Shown piece by piece: positions 26,353 to 35,485 of a stretch of DNA of 64,000 bases. Origin of the DNA: Betaproteobacteria bacterium SG8_41 (GTDB taxonomy: Bacteria; Pseudomonadota; Gammaproteobacteria; Burkholderiales; SG8-41). The notes beneath the pieces are model-generated. The model made no database searches. It was not told where the DNA came from and was given only the letters and a program-made list of their open reading frames with translations. Position 1 is the stretch's first letter. Each line of letters opens with the position of its first letter. The stretch is taken from the NCBI GenBank assembly GCA_001303585.1, contig LJTT01000007.1, positions 74,031 through 138,030 of the forward strand, written 5' to 3'. The translations under genes were made by a program, and so were the position numbers.

Positions 26353-27738
26353 CTAGAAGCGGTCGCCCCCTGCGTAATTCTCGAAACGTGTGTACTTGCC
26401 GAGGAAGGTGAGGGTCAGCTTGCCCGTCGGTCCGTTGCGCTGCTTGGCTACAATGAGCTCAGCCATGCCCCGACTGGGTGAGTCGGGGTTGTAGACCTCG
26501 TCGCGGTAGATGAAGATGATCAGGTCGGCGTCCTGCTCGATCGCGCCCGATTCGCGCAGGTCGGACATCATCGGGCGTTTGTCCTGGCGCGACTCGACGC
26601 TGCGGTTGAGCTGCGAGAGCGCGACGACCGGCACCTTGAGCTCTTTCGCCAGCGCCTTCAGCGAGCGCGAGATCTCGGCAATCTCGGTCGCACGGTTCTC
26701 TTCCCGCCCGCTCGACGACATGAGCTGGAGGTAATCCACCACGATCATCGAGAGCCCGCCGCACTGGCGATGGAGGCGGCGCGCCCGCGACCGCACTTCG
26801 AGCGCATTGAGGCCGGCAGTATCATCGATAAAGACCTGCGTCTCATTGAGCCGGCCCACCGCATCGACCAGCCGTGACCAGTCCTCTTCCTTGAACGTTC
26901 CGGTGCGCAGCTCGTGCTGATCGAAGCGCCCGACCGAGCCAATCATGCGCATGGCCAGCTGGGCACCCGACATTTCCATGCTGAAAACCGCAACCGCCTT
27001 CTTCAAGTGCAGGGTGGCATGCTCGACGAAGTTCATTGCGAGCGCTGTCTTGCCCATCGAAGGTCGCGCCGCAATGATGATGAGCTCGCCCTCCTGCAAC
27101 CCGGACGTCATCCGGTCGAGGTCCACGAAGCCGGTGGCAAGCCCGATGACGTCGTCCTTGTTCTCGCGGTTGTAGAGGATGTCAACCCGCTCGACAGTTT
27201 CGGTCAGCAACGGGTCAATCTTGACGAATCCCTGCCGCGACTTCGAACCCGCTTCCGCAATCCGGAAGATCTTGGTCTCCGCCTCGTCGAGCAGCGCTTT
27301 GGCGTCGCGCCCCGCGGGGTTATAGGCGGCATCCGCGATCTCCGTGCCGATTGCAGCGAGACTGCGCATGACAGAGCGCTCGCGAACAATCTCCGCATAG
27401 CGCCGGATATTGGCTGCGCTGGGGGTATTGGCCGCCAGCGCGCCCAGATAGGCGTGTCCGCCCACCTCCGCGAGCTGCCCGCTGCGCTCAAGGCTTTCGG
27501 CCACCGTGAGGGCGTCCGCCGGGCGGCCGCTCTCGATCAGCCCGCCGATGTGCTCCAGGATAAGGCGATGGTCCGCGCGATAGAGGTCCGCCGCCGTGAT
27601 GAGATCGGAAATCCGGTCCCAGGCGGTGTTGTCGAGCAGCAGACCGCCGAGCACTGACTGCTCGGCTTCGATTGACTGCGGGGGAACTCGAGTGGCTTCA
27701 AGCTGCGCGTCTTTGACGATCGAGGTGATCTGTGCCAT
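26353..27738 (-). CDS. dnaB: Replicative DNA helicase DnaB
   Basis: PPQSIEAEQSVLGGLL N-terminal motif, Walker A ARPSMGKTA, typical DnaB C-terminus. ATG 27738 gives 461 aa. The ORF track starts at 27816. Confidence 0.95.
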   Translation of the reverse strand: MAQITSIVKDAQLEATRVPPQSIEAEQSVLGGLLLDNTAWDRISDLITAADLYRADHRLILEHIGGLIESGRPADALTVAESLERSGQLAEVGGHAYLGALAANTPSAANIRRYAEIVRERSVMRSLAAIGTEIADAAYNPAGRDAKALLDEAETKIFRIAEAGSKSRQGFVKIDPLLTETVERVDILYNRENKDDVIGLATGFVDLDRMTSGLQEGELIIIAARPSMGKTALAMNFVEHATLHLKKAVAVFSMEMSGAQLAMRMIGSVGRFDQHELRTGTFKEEDWSRLVDAVGRLNETQVFIDDTAGLNALEVRSRARRLHRQCGGLSMIVVDYLQLMSSSGREENRATEIAEISRSLKALAKELKVPVVALSQLNRSVESRQDKRPMMSDLRESGAIEQDADLIIFIYRDEVYNPDSPSRGMAELIVAKQRNGPTGKLTLTFLGKYTRFENYAGGDRF

Positions 27739-27835
27739 GACGCGCGCCGCCGTTGTCTCGACTGTCTGTCCAGTGTGGTCTGAAAGGGAAACGTCGCGCG
27801 CCGAAGTCGCTCGCAACTGAGGGAGAAATCTACAG

Positions 27836-27867
27836 AAAAAAAAGGGCTGTCGCCAGCCCTTTTTTTT
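27836..27867. terminator. Bidirectional rho-independent terminator after rplI
   Basis: A8-GGGCTG-TCGC-CAGCCC-T8, located 30 nt downstream of the rplI stop. Confidence 0.8.
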
Positions 27868-27897
27868 AGAAAAATTTTTCCTTTGTTTCGATTGGCT

Positions 27898-28347
27898 TTA
27901 TTGCTCGCCCAGTACGGAGACGGTGACCGTCGCCACGACGTCTGCATGCAGCGCAACCTTGATCGGGTGATCGCCGACCGTCTTGATCGGCCCCTGCGGC
28001 ATGCGAATCATCGAGCGCAGGACCTCGACGCCTTGCGCCTTGAGCGCATCGGTGATGTCCACGTTCGTCACCGAACCGAAAAGCTTGCCATCCACGCCGG
28101 CTTTTTGCGTGATCTGAAGCATCATGCCGTCGATCTTCGCCGCCTTCTCCTGGGCCTGCGCAAGCGCATCGGATTGCGCTTTCTCGAGCTCGGCACGGCG
28201 CGTTTCGAACTCCGCGAGGTTGCTCGCCGTCGCGCGCTTCGCTTTGCCCTGCGGGATCAGATAGTTGCGCGCGAACCCGTCCTTGACCTTCACGACGTCG
28301 CCCAGCTGACCCAGATTTATGATTTTTTCGAGCAGTATGATTTGCAT
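27898..28347 (-). CDS. rplI: 50S ribosomal protein L9
   Basis: [36 protein letters not shown]. Confidence 0.97.
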   Translation of the reverse strand: MQIILLEKIINLGQLGDVVKVKDGFARNYLIPQGKAKRATASNLAEFETRRAELEKAQSDALAQAQEKAAKIDGMMLQITQKAGVDGKLFGSVTNVDITDALKAQGVEVLRSMIRMPQGPIKTVGDHPIKVALHADVVATVTVSVLGEQ

Positions 28348-28363
28348 ATTCCAACCCTGTCTG

Positions 28364-28446
28364 AAATTTCAGGTTTCACGTTTCAAGTTTCAGGTTAAGT
28401 TGTGGACCTAGCGAACCTTAAACCTGCAACCTTAGACCCGGAACCA
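28364..28446. repeat. Heptad-periodic two-arm element inside the rpsR-rplI spacer
   Basis: TTTC ends at 28370, 28377, 28384 and 28391. AACC starts at 28414, 28421, 28428 and 28442. The arms have opposite polarity around 28400-28410. Confidence 0.8.
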
Positions 28447-28449
28447 ATC

Positions 28450-28764
28450 TTAGTGCAGATCGGTGTAAGGCAGCAGCGCGAGAAAGCGCGCGCGATTGAC
28501 CGCCACCGAGAGCTGCCGCTGGTACCGGGCCTTCGTGCCGGTAATACGGGCCGGGATGATCTTGCCGTTCTCGTTGATGAAGTCCTTCAGCAGATTGATA
28601 TCCTTGTAATCAACCTGTTTGATGCCCTCCGCCGTGAAGCGGCAGAACTTGCGGCGCCGGAAAAGCTGGCCGCGGCCGCGGCTGTCGCGGCCCTTGCCCT
28701 TGCTGAATTTTCCGCCTTTGCCCCGGCCCTTACCGCCGGACCTGCCCTGTCTTCCCATCGCCAT
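28450..28764 (-). CDS. rpsR: 30S ribosomal protein S18 with an extended Gly/Arg/Lys-rich N-terminus
   Basis: The core [50 protein letters not shown] is S18. It is preceded by [33 protein letters not shown]. Confidence 0.95.
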   Translation of the reverse strand: MAMGRQGRSGGKGRGKGGKFSKGKGRDSRGRGQLFRRRKFCRFTAEGIKQVDYKDINLLKDFINENGKIIPARITGTKARYQRQLSVAVNRARFLALLPYTDLH

Positions 28765-29065
28765 GACTGTCGTCCTCTGTGATCTGTGCTTCCGTTGCGT
28801 GCAAAATAACCTGCCTGCTCATCCGGTTCCTGCGGTTGAGAAACCCGCTCACCGTGACTTTCTGGCCCGCCTTCAGCCGCGCCAGCCTCACCGCGACTTC
28901 GCCCATCGCCACCGCGCCCATCTCGCAATCGACCTGGCGTTGGAAGCCGGCCTCGCTCTGATGCGATCGGTGCTGCAGCTTGAAGTGCAGGAGCGGAATT
29001 CCGGCCGGTGTGTGGCGTAGCGGCTCGATCTCCGTGAGTTCACCGTGGAGCTCGACCGAGTTCAC
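28730..29065 (-). CDS. priB: Primosomal replication protein N (PriB)
   Basis: 111 aa, OB-fold-like ([24 protein letters not shown]...VTVSGFL). Sits in the conserved rpsF-priB-rpsR position. Overlaps the rpsR start by 35 nt. Confidence 0.85.
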   Translation of the reverse strand: MNSVELHGELTEIEPLRHTPAGIPLLHFKLQHRSHQSEAGFQRQVDCEMGAVAMGEVAVRLARLKAGQKVTVSGFLNRRNRMSRQVILHATEAQITEDDSHGDGKTGQVRR

Positions 29066-29070
29066 ATCGG

Positions 29071-29484
29071 CTAGCTGGCCGACTCTGTCGGTGCCGCAGC
29101 CGGTGCCGGCGCCGCCGGCGCAGGCCTGGCGCCCTCGGCTGCTGGCGCGCTCAGCGAACGCGATTTCTCTTCCTTCATCATTGGCGAGGGTCCGGTCACG
29201 GCCTCGTCCATCTTCACAATGAGGTGGCGCAGCACGGCGTCATTGAACTTGAACGCATGCTGCATCTCGCCCAGCGTCTCGGCGTCGCATTCGACATTCA
29301 TGAGCACGTAGTGGGCCTTGTGCACCTTCTCCAGCGGAAATGCGAGCTGGCGGCGGCCCCAGTCTTCCAGGCGGTGGATCTTGCCGTTCCGCCCGGTCAC
29401 CAGCTGGCGGTAACGGTCGACCATGCCCGGAACCTGCTCGCTCTGGTCCGGATGGACGATGAAAACGATCTCGTAATGACGCAT
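29071..29484 (-). CDS. rpsF: 30S ribosomal protein S6
   Basis: [25 protein letters not shown]..., followed by an Ala/Pro-rich C-terminal tail. Confidence 0.97.
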   Translation of the reverse strand: MRHYEIVFIVHPDQSEQVPGMVDRYRQLVTGRNGKIHRLEDWGRRQLAFPLEKVHKAHYVLMNVECDAETLGEMQHAFKFNDAVLRHLIVKMDEAVTGPSPMMKEEKSRSLSAPAAEGARPAPAAPAPAAAPTESAS

Positions 29485-29629
29485 TTCGATCTCTCCTTAT
29501 GGGTAAAGCCTCCCGTGATGCGTGCGCGGTGAGGCAAGGACCAAGGCCACCGATTGAGTGATGGCCGCAGCTACAGAAGGCGCGGATTATACAGGACTTT
29601 CCGACACAGTCAACGCTGGCCGCAAAGGC

Positions 29630-29712
29630 GGAATCGGAGCATCCCGAAACGCGAATCGAGTAGACCTCCTCCGCGAGTCCTTACGATTTACGATTCAAGA
29701 TTCAGAGCTCAA
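29630..29712. repeat. Weaker heptad element downstream of tpsA
   Basis: GGAATCG...GCGAATCG on the left. CGATTTA CGATTCA AGATTCA on the right (29684-29704). The GAATCG and CGATTC arms are inverted. Confidence 0.5.
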
Positions 29713-29717
29713 GGAAG

Positions 29718-32306
29718 TTAGGAGCAACCGCGACTCGTGCACTGCCGACCGCCGGCGCCCATGCCAGCAGCGACAGCCGTCGCCGCCTGGCTCTTGCTGC
29801 TTCCCGTGCAGACCGGCTTCTTCGCGGTTTCCTTCTTTTCTTCCTCGGTATCCTTGGTGCCCGATGACACTGCCACGGGCGGCGTAACGGCCTGGTCGGT
29901 TGATCCGACCAGGGTGTTTTGAGGGGACACCGATGGTGGCTCAACCCCGGGCGGCAGTTCGCTCGATTCGCCGCTTGACCCGCCGGTCGACCCACCGCTT
30001 GACCCGCCGCTTGAGCCACCGCTTGACCCACCGCTTGACCCACCGCTTGAGCCACCGGAGCCGCTAGAGCCGGAACACAGCGCCCCATTCAACGAACAGA
30101 CACCGCTGCCTGAATTGATAGATCCGCTTGAACCCAGAACAAGGCCGCCGGGAGCAGTGATCGTCAAGCTGTCGTTTCCCGCCGTTGTGTCGATCGTCTC
30201 GTTGAGGTTGACAGTGCCCGATGTCGAAATCACGACGTCCTGGTAGGCAATAATCGGGCGGTCAAGCGTGATGCCGTCTGCTCCTGCGATCAGCTCAAAG
30301 GACGCACCGGACTCCGAGGAAAGCGGAATCGCTCCCGCAGTGCTGTTGGTGATCGATTTAACGGTGAGTGTCTGGGCATTGAGCCCCCGTCCATCGCTTC
30401 CGGCCGTCGTTGCCTCTCCAATCACCAGCCGGCCGGTCGTTTTGAGCCTGGCGATGTCATCGCTCGAAAGCTGGGTCGCACCGGGCGCGCCGACTCCAAG
30501 GTCGAGCGTGCCGGCCGCGCTTAGCGAAATTTGTATTCCGCCCGTTCCGGCGGCGACGTCAAAGTTCCCCAATTCAATTCCACCAGCATTCGCGCCAGAG
30601 CTTCTGTTTCCCCCACCGATCAGCGTGATCGATCCATCATTGACAAGCCCTAAGGTTCCTCGCGTGCTGACGGCCGCAACGATCTGAACTTGACCCGACC
30701 CATCCCCGCCCCCAGCGGGAGAGTGCGGCGAGTCCGCTTCCAGGTGGATGTCACCGCCGTTCGTCGTGATCGTGGCGTTAATGGTGATATTGTTGCCGGC
30801 CTGAGCGACGAAGCCCGCGCCGGTGGTCGTCAGATTGACTGCATTGGAGACCGTGATGTCGTTGGTCGCTTGCAGCACTACCGTCGTGCCAGCAGCATCG
30901 AGCGTGCCCGGGTCGATCGTCTGTAGCGTGCCGGGATCGGTGAAGGCATCCACATCACTCACGGCCGCGCCGCTGGCCGTCGTGGCAACGTTGATATTGT
31001 CGGGGTCGAGCAGAAGTGTGCCCGGCGTACCGCCCGGCGCCGAAGCATTGACCTTCGCCGCAAAATCGAGCGCGTTCTTGCTAGAGACCTCTATGAAGCC
31101 GCCGTCGCCCGATTGGCTGCCGCCCTTGGCGCTGATCGTGCCATAAGCGCGCGTTGCATCATCCGACCATACGATCACCCTGCCCCCATCGCCGCTCGTG
31201 ACCGCATCGGCTGTGATGTTCGCCTCCGGCCCGACATAGGTGCGATAGGCGTTCTGCACCTCGGGGTTCTTGCCCTCGAAGTCGCCCCCCACCAGCACCG
31301 TGCCCCCTGCCGTCTCGCCCGACACGTCAATGTTGGCGTGTCCAATCAGCCCCACTTTATTGCCCAGCACCTCGACCGTGCCCCCCGCGCCTTCGCTGCC
31401 CTTCGCCTCTATCGCTCCGGCCACCAGCGTGGTGTCACCCGAGTCCACCGTGACGCTGCCGCCCTTGGGACCATTCGCCGCGGTCACGCTGCCCGCCTCC
31501 AGCGTCGCGCTCTGCGTCGCTTTCAAAACGATGCGACCATCCTCGGTCACCTGCGCGCTGTTCGCCTGGATCGTGCCGCCCTGCGTGATCAGCCCCGCGT
31601 AGATGCCGACTCTCCCGGCGTCGGCCGCAATGTGGCCCAGGTTCACCGCCGCGTTGTCCGGCGCAGTGACCTCCACCCTCAGGTTCGGCGTGCCCGGGTC
31701 AACCAGCTCCACGCTCTTGCCCGCCGCCAGCACCACCTCGCCTTGCGGGCTCTTGATCAGCCCCTTGTTCTCAACACCCGCGCCCACCAGGTAGACCTGG
31801 CCCCCGCTCGGGGTCGTGATCGCCCCTTCGTTGACCACCGCGCCGGCGCCGACGGTCTCGGCAAACTTCAACTTCCCGCCCAGGAAGTCCGCGTCCGAGA
31901 GCTTCAGGGTGGACGCCACCAGCCCCGCCACATCGACCTGCGCGTTGACACCAAAGACGATGCCGTTGGGGTTGATGAGAAAGACCCGGCCGTTCGACTG
32001 CAGCGCGCCCAGGATCGCCGAGGGGTTCTGGCCGATGACGCGATTCAATACCGCGCTTGAGTCCGACTGCTGCAGGAAGCGCGTAATCTCGTTCGCCCCG
32101 ACCGAGAAGCTCTGCCAGTTGATGATGGCGTTGGGACTGTTGGTGATCTGCAGCAGGTTGCCCTGCTGGTGGATGCTCACCTGGCCGTTGGCGACCGCGG
32201 CACCCGTGGGATTCGCAAGAACGACCGGCGTCGCAAAGCAGGAGGCTACCGCCAAGGCGATTGCAGCGCGGCGCAGCCGACGACGGGCGTTGCGTTTTGG
32301 CCTCAC
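29718..32306 (-). CDS. Two-partner-secretion exoprotein (TpsA) with filamentous-haemagglutinin-type TPS domain
   Basis: TPS domain NGQVSIHQQGNLLQITNSPNAIINWQSFSVG...NRVIGQNPSAILGALQSNGRVFLINPNGIVFG, then beta-helix-like G/A/T/V-rich repeats, a (GGSS)n linker and a Cys-containing tail. The ORF opens at 32399. GTG 32306 has GGAG 8 nt upstream and gives the signal peptide VRPKRNARRRLRRAAIALAVASCFATPVVLA. Confidence 0.85.
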   Translation of the reverse strand: MRPKRNARRRLRRAAIALAVASCFATPVVLANPTGAAVANGQVSIHQQGNLLQITNSPNAIINWQSFSVGANEITRFLQQSDSSAVLNRVIGQNPSAILGALQSNGRVFLINPNGIVFGVNAQVDVAGLVASTLKLSDADFLGGKLKFAETVGAGAVVNEGAITTPSGGQVYLVGAGVENKGLIKSPQGEVVLAAGKSVELVDPGTPNLRVEVTAPDNAAVNLGHIAADAGRVGIYAGLITQGGTIQANSAQVTEDGRIVLKATQSATLEAGSVTAANGPKGGSVTVDSGDTTLVAGAIEAKGSEGAGGTVEVLGNKVGLIGHANIDVSGETAGGTVLVGGDFEGKNPEVQNAYRTYVGPEANITADAVTSGDGGRVIVWSDDATRAYGTISAKGGSQSGDGGFIEVSSKNALDFAAKVNASAPGGTPGTLLLDPDNINVATTASGAAVSDVDAFTDPGTLQTIDPGTLDAAGTTVVLQATNDITVSNAVNLTTTGAGFVAQAGNNITINATITTNGGDIHLEADSPHSPAGGGDGSGQVQIVAAVSTRGTLGLVNDGSITLIGGGNRSSGANAGGIELGNFDVAAGTGGIQISLSAAGTLDLGVGAPGATQLSSDDIARLKTTGRLVIGEATTAGSDGRGLNAQTLTVKSITNSTAGAIPLSSESGASFELIAGADGITLDRPIIAYQDVVISTSGTVNLNETIDTTAGNDSLTITAPGGLVLGSSGSINSGSGVCSLNGALCSGSSGSGGSSGGSSGGSSGGSSGGSSGGSTGGSSGESSELPPGVEPPSVSPQNTLVGSTDQAVTPPVAVSSGTKDTEEEKKETAKKPVCTGSSKSQAATAVAAGMGAGGRQCTSRGCS

Positions 32307-32633
32307 GCGCACATCTCCGAGCGTCGAGAAAACGTCGCACAGCGGAAAACACGTCCGCTGGACCGTTGATCCTGAAAATTCAATTCCACCCCCGTGCAAG
32401 TCAAATCAGCGCCTTAGCAAGCTTACTTCAAGCGGCGCTCCCGCCGCTCGAGCAACCTCGGCAGCTCAGGACGTTATCCATGCAAAAACCGGGCCAATAT
32501 CACACAACACGTGTGCAGAAATTCACGAAACAGATTTCGGCTCCGAGACCCGCGACCAACGTGCGCTTCACGGTGCTTGCCCCGGCGCTTATCTGCATTT
32601 AGCTGCGCCTAATTCTAGTCTTCCAACCAGGAT

Positions 32634-34268
32634 CTAATAAATGATCGCCAGCGCTGCGCTCACGCGCCAGCTGCCATCGTCACGATTCAGCGTCGGCTTG
32701 AGGATATTGGCCACGTCAAAGCGTAAGCTGACCGATTTCGCATAGCTCAGCCGCAAGCCCACCCCGGTGCTCGCCAGCACGCTGTGGTCGATTTCTCCCG
32801 GTAGCGGATCGTTGCGTTTGAGAGAACCGTAATCGTAGAACGCAAGGAGCCGCACGCGAAGCTCGTCCGGGGCTTCGAGATGTCGCGCGATATCGGGTGT
32901 GTAGAGCTCCGCTTGGCCAGAGTAGCCGCGGTCATTTGCGACTTCGCGCAGGAGATAGCCGCGCACCGTGTCCGGGCCGCCGAGCCCGTATTGCTCGCCG
33001 GGCACGAGCAGGTCCTTAGAATATTGGCCGTTCAATCCCACCCGCGTCTGCCACTCGTTCTGGAATTGACGCACGTAGTTGAAGCCGCCGCGGAAGATCG
33101 TGTAGTGCTCGCTTGCGCCCGGGCGTGTCAGCTGAAACGCGAGGTCATCGCCGTCATTGCCCCCCGGGATGTTGGTCGAGCCGCTCGCAAAAAACGAAAG
33201 CTCAGCTGCCGCGTAGCGGCGAAGGCCGCTGTAAGTCAGGCTCGCCGGGTGGATCGTAATGTCGGGCACGATCTGCGTGCCCGCGAAAACAACATCATTC
33301 TGGAATTCCCGGTAATCAAGGCCGAAGGCCAGCTTCTGCTCGAGTTCGCCCCAGCGCGGAAGCAGGTAGTTCCAGCGGGCAATTCCGATGGTGCCGGCTC
33401 CGCTCACGTTAAACAGCCCTTGGACCGTGCCCGAATCGACATCCGAATAACCCGCGATGAGGTCAAGCGAGCTGTTCAGGTCGTAGAACGGGATGCGATA
33501 GCCCACGCCATAGATGGAGACCTTGCTCGGCTCGGTCGGCGAGGTGATGTACTGCGCCGTTAATGTGTGATCGCGATTGAAGAGATTCGAGTGCTGCAGG
33601 CCGATCCCCGCCCGGTAATAACCGGTCTCGCCCGTGCCGGTATTGTCGAGTGTCAGAAAGCCGCGCCAGGGCTTGTCGTCACTGACCTTGATATTGACGT
33701 CGACTTCGCCTTCCTTCGCCCCCGAGCGCAGGAGCACATTGGTCTGCTTGACCGGATGCTCTCCGAGGAGCTGCAGGTTGCGCGCGATATCACGGGAATT
33801 GGGTGTCTCGCCTTCCTTGACCGTCGGCAGGCTCCGCCGGATGTTCTCGGCGTCAAAGTGCTTGTTGCCGTCGATAAGAACGCGCCCGACGCGGGGCTGG
33901 TTCACGCGAAACTGCACCACGCCCTTCGTGATGTCCTGCTCGGGCAGCAAGACTTGCACGACACCGTAGCCGCGATCCCGGTAGGATTGCTCGAGCGCTT
34001 CCAGCGCCCGCTGAATGTCCGCGAAATCCTTGTTCTTGCCCGCGAACGGCGCGACCGCCGCCTGCACCACTTCCGGCGACAGCAACGTGTTCCCCTGCAC
34101 ATCGAAGCGTTTGATCTCGAAGCGCGGGGCGGGAATGGGCGCCTGCGGCTGCTGCGCCCGCGACACGGGCGCAACCGGCGCGAGAAGGCACCCCGCGAGC
34201 AGCAGCAGAGCAACTTCCCGGCCCAAACGAATTCCGGCCGGTAGTTTTGTTTTTTTACTCGCGTCCAA
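32634..34268 (-). CDS. TpsB outer-membrane transporter (ShlB/FhaC/HecB family)
   Basis: Signal peptide, a POTRA-like region (FEIKRFDVQGNTLL...) and a C-terminal beta-barrel ending ...ALAIIY. Lies directly upstream of the TpsA gene. Confidence 0.85.
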   Translation of the reverse strand: MDASKKTKLPAGIRLGREVALLLLAGCLLAPVAPVSRAQQPQAPIPAPRFEIKRFDVQGNTLLSPEVVQAAVAPFAGKNKDFADIQRALEALEQSYRDRGYGVVQVLLPEQDITKGVVQFRVNQPRVGRVLIDGNKHFDAENIRRSLPTVKEGETPNSRDIARNLQLLGEHPVKQTNVLLRSGAKEGEVDVNIKVSDDKPWRGFLTLDNTGTGETGYYRAGIGLQHSNLFNRDHTLTAQYITSPTEPSKVSIYGVGYRIPFYDLNSSLDLIAGYSDVDSGTVQGLFNVSGAGTIGIARWNYLLPRWGELEQKLAFGLDYREFQNDVVFAGTQIVPDITIHPASLTYSGLRRYAAAELSFFASGSTNIPGGNDGDDLAFQLTRPGASEHYTIFRGGFNYVRQFQNEWQTRVGLNGQYSKDLLVPGEQYGLGGPDTVRGYLLREVANDRGYSGQAELYTPDIARHLEAPDELRVRLLAFYDYGSLKRNDPLPGEIDHSVLASTGVGLRLSYAKSVSLRFDVANILKPTLNRDDGSWRVSAALAIIY

Positions 34269-34385
34269 TCGTTTCTTTAAGTGGTTTCGAGATACACGTC
34301 GTTATTTTATGATTCTATGACCGTATTTTTCAGTTGTCTATCGCGCTTAAGGACGGCAGCCGGCCCCCGCTGGAACCGCCGAGGC

Positions 34386-34391
34386 ATTATA
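34386..34391 (-). promoter_or_regulatory. Candidate -10 box (TATAAT) for the tpsBA operon
   Basis: Perfect TATAAT on the minus strand, ~120 nt upstream of the tpsB ATG, in an AT-rich leader. The -35 element is weak. Confidence 0.25.
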
Positions 34392-34630
34392 TCGCCCTGA
34401 TGATTAAGGAAGTAAGGCAGGAGGAGGTAACGGGGCAATCCGCCGTCAGGCTGGCCAATCGGGGCTGATCCCCTCTTCGATCCTTGGCGGGCCCTCTCTG
34501 ATGTCCCGAAAGAGCCGTGTTGTCCCGCTTTTCGCCCCGAACGAGCCCTCAATTATGTCAAATTTTCTTGAGCGGATCCCCCGCGACACACTGTGCCATT
34601 TGCCCACAAAGGCGCTGTGAGGGGCAAGAA

Positions 34631-35377
34631 TTATCGAGCACGCACCGCGCGCTGGCGGCGCGTTTCTGCAAGACAGATGCCGGCCGAGACCGACACGTTC
34701 AGGCTCTCCACCGTGCCGACCATGGGAATGCGGACGAGCTCGTCGCAATTCTCGCGCGTAAGCCGGCGCATGCCTTCCCCTTCCGCGCCGAGCACCCACG
34801 CCACCGGTCCATCGAGCTTGACCGAATACAGCTCGTTTTCACCGTCCTGGTCGGCACCCATCAGCCAGATTCCGCGTTCCTTCAGGTCGCGCATCGCGCG
34901 CGCAAGGTTCGTCACGACAATAAGCGGCACGGTTTCCACTGCACCGCTGGCAACCTTCTCGACCGTCGCATTTATCCCGACCGCCCGATCCTTTGGCGAG
35001 ATCACCGCATGCACGCCCATCGCATCCGCCACCCGCAGGCACGCGCCCAGGTTGTGCGGGTCGGTAACCCCGTCGAGGATCAGCAACAACGCCGGCTCCC
35101 GCAGCCCCTCCAGCACGCTCTCAAGATCCCGCGCGGGACCCGCCACGTCGACGCGCGCTGCCACCCCTTGATGTCGCGCATGCTGCGTCATGCCGTCGAG
35201 CCGCGCGCCGTTCACCCTGATCACGCGCGCACCGCGCTCGCCCGCAAGCCGGACGAGCTCGCGCACGCGCCGGTCCTCCCGCCCCTCGTCGAGCAGGATT
35301 TCCTTCACGCTCGCGGCATTCTGCCGCAGCCGGCTCGTGACCACATGGAAGCCGTAGATGAGACGCGTCTCGTTCAT
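34631..35377 (-). CDS. rlmB: 23S rRNA (guanosine2251-2'-O)-methyltransferase RlmB
   Basis: SpoU/TrmH family: MNETRLIYGFHVV..., LLILDGVTDPHNLGACLR, VESLNVSVSAG. ATG 35377 is preferred over TTG 35401. Confidence 0.9.
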   Translation of the reverse strand: MNETRLIYGFHVVTSRLRQNAASVKEILLDEGREDRRVRELVRLAGERGARVIRVNGARLDGMTQHARHQGVAARVDVAGPARDLESVLEGLREPALLLILDGVTDPHNLGACLRVADAMGVHAVISPKDRAVGINATVEKVASGAVETVPLIVVTNLARAMRDLKERGIWLMGADQDGENELYSVKLDGPVAWVLGAEGEGMRRLTRENCDELVRIPMVGTVESLNVSVSAGICLAETRRQRAVRAR

Positions 35378-35458
35378 GTTCTCGTGAATCGTCAATCGCA
35401 AATCGAAGTCGCTATTGCCGCCGCCTTGGACTCATGGCGAACTACATTCTTCCTTCCA

Positions 35459-35480
35459 CGAATTACGATTTGCGATTCAC
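35459..35480. repeat. Short heptad tract in the rnr-rlmB spacer
   Basis: CGAATTA CGATTTG CGATTCA. Confidence 0.45.
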
Positions 35481-35485
35481 AGCTG

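Noticed and set aside
29718-32399. Contact-dependent inhibition (CdiA/CdiI) interpretation of the TPS pair.
   Set aside because: There is no VENN or pretoxin motif, the protein is far shorter than CdiA, and no small immunity ORF sits between the tpsA stop and rpsF.
34307-34552. 81-aa minus-strand ORF in the rlmB-tpsB intergenic region.
   Set aside because: No ribosome-binding site, a composition-driven sequence, and an overlap with the likely tpsB promoter and leader. I treat it as non-coding.
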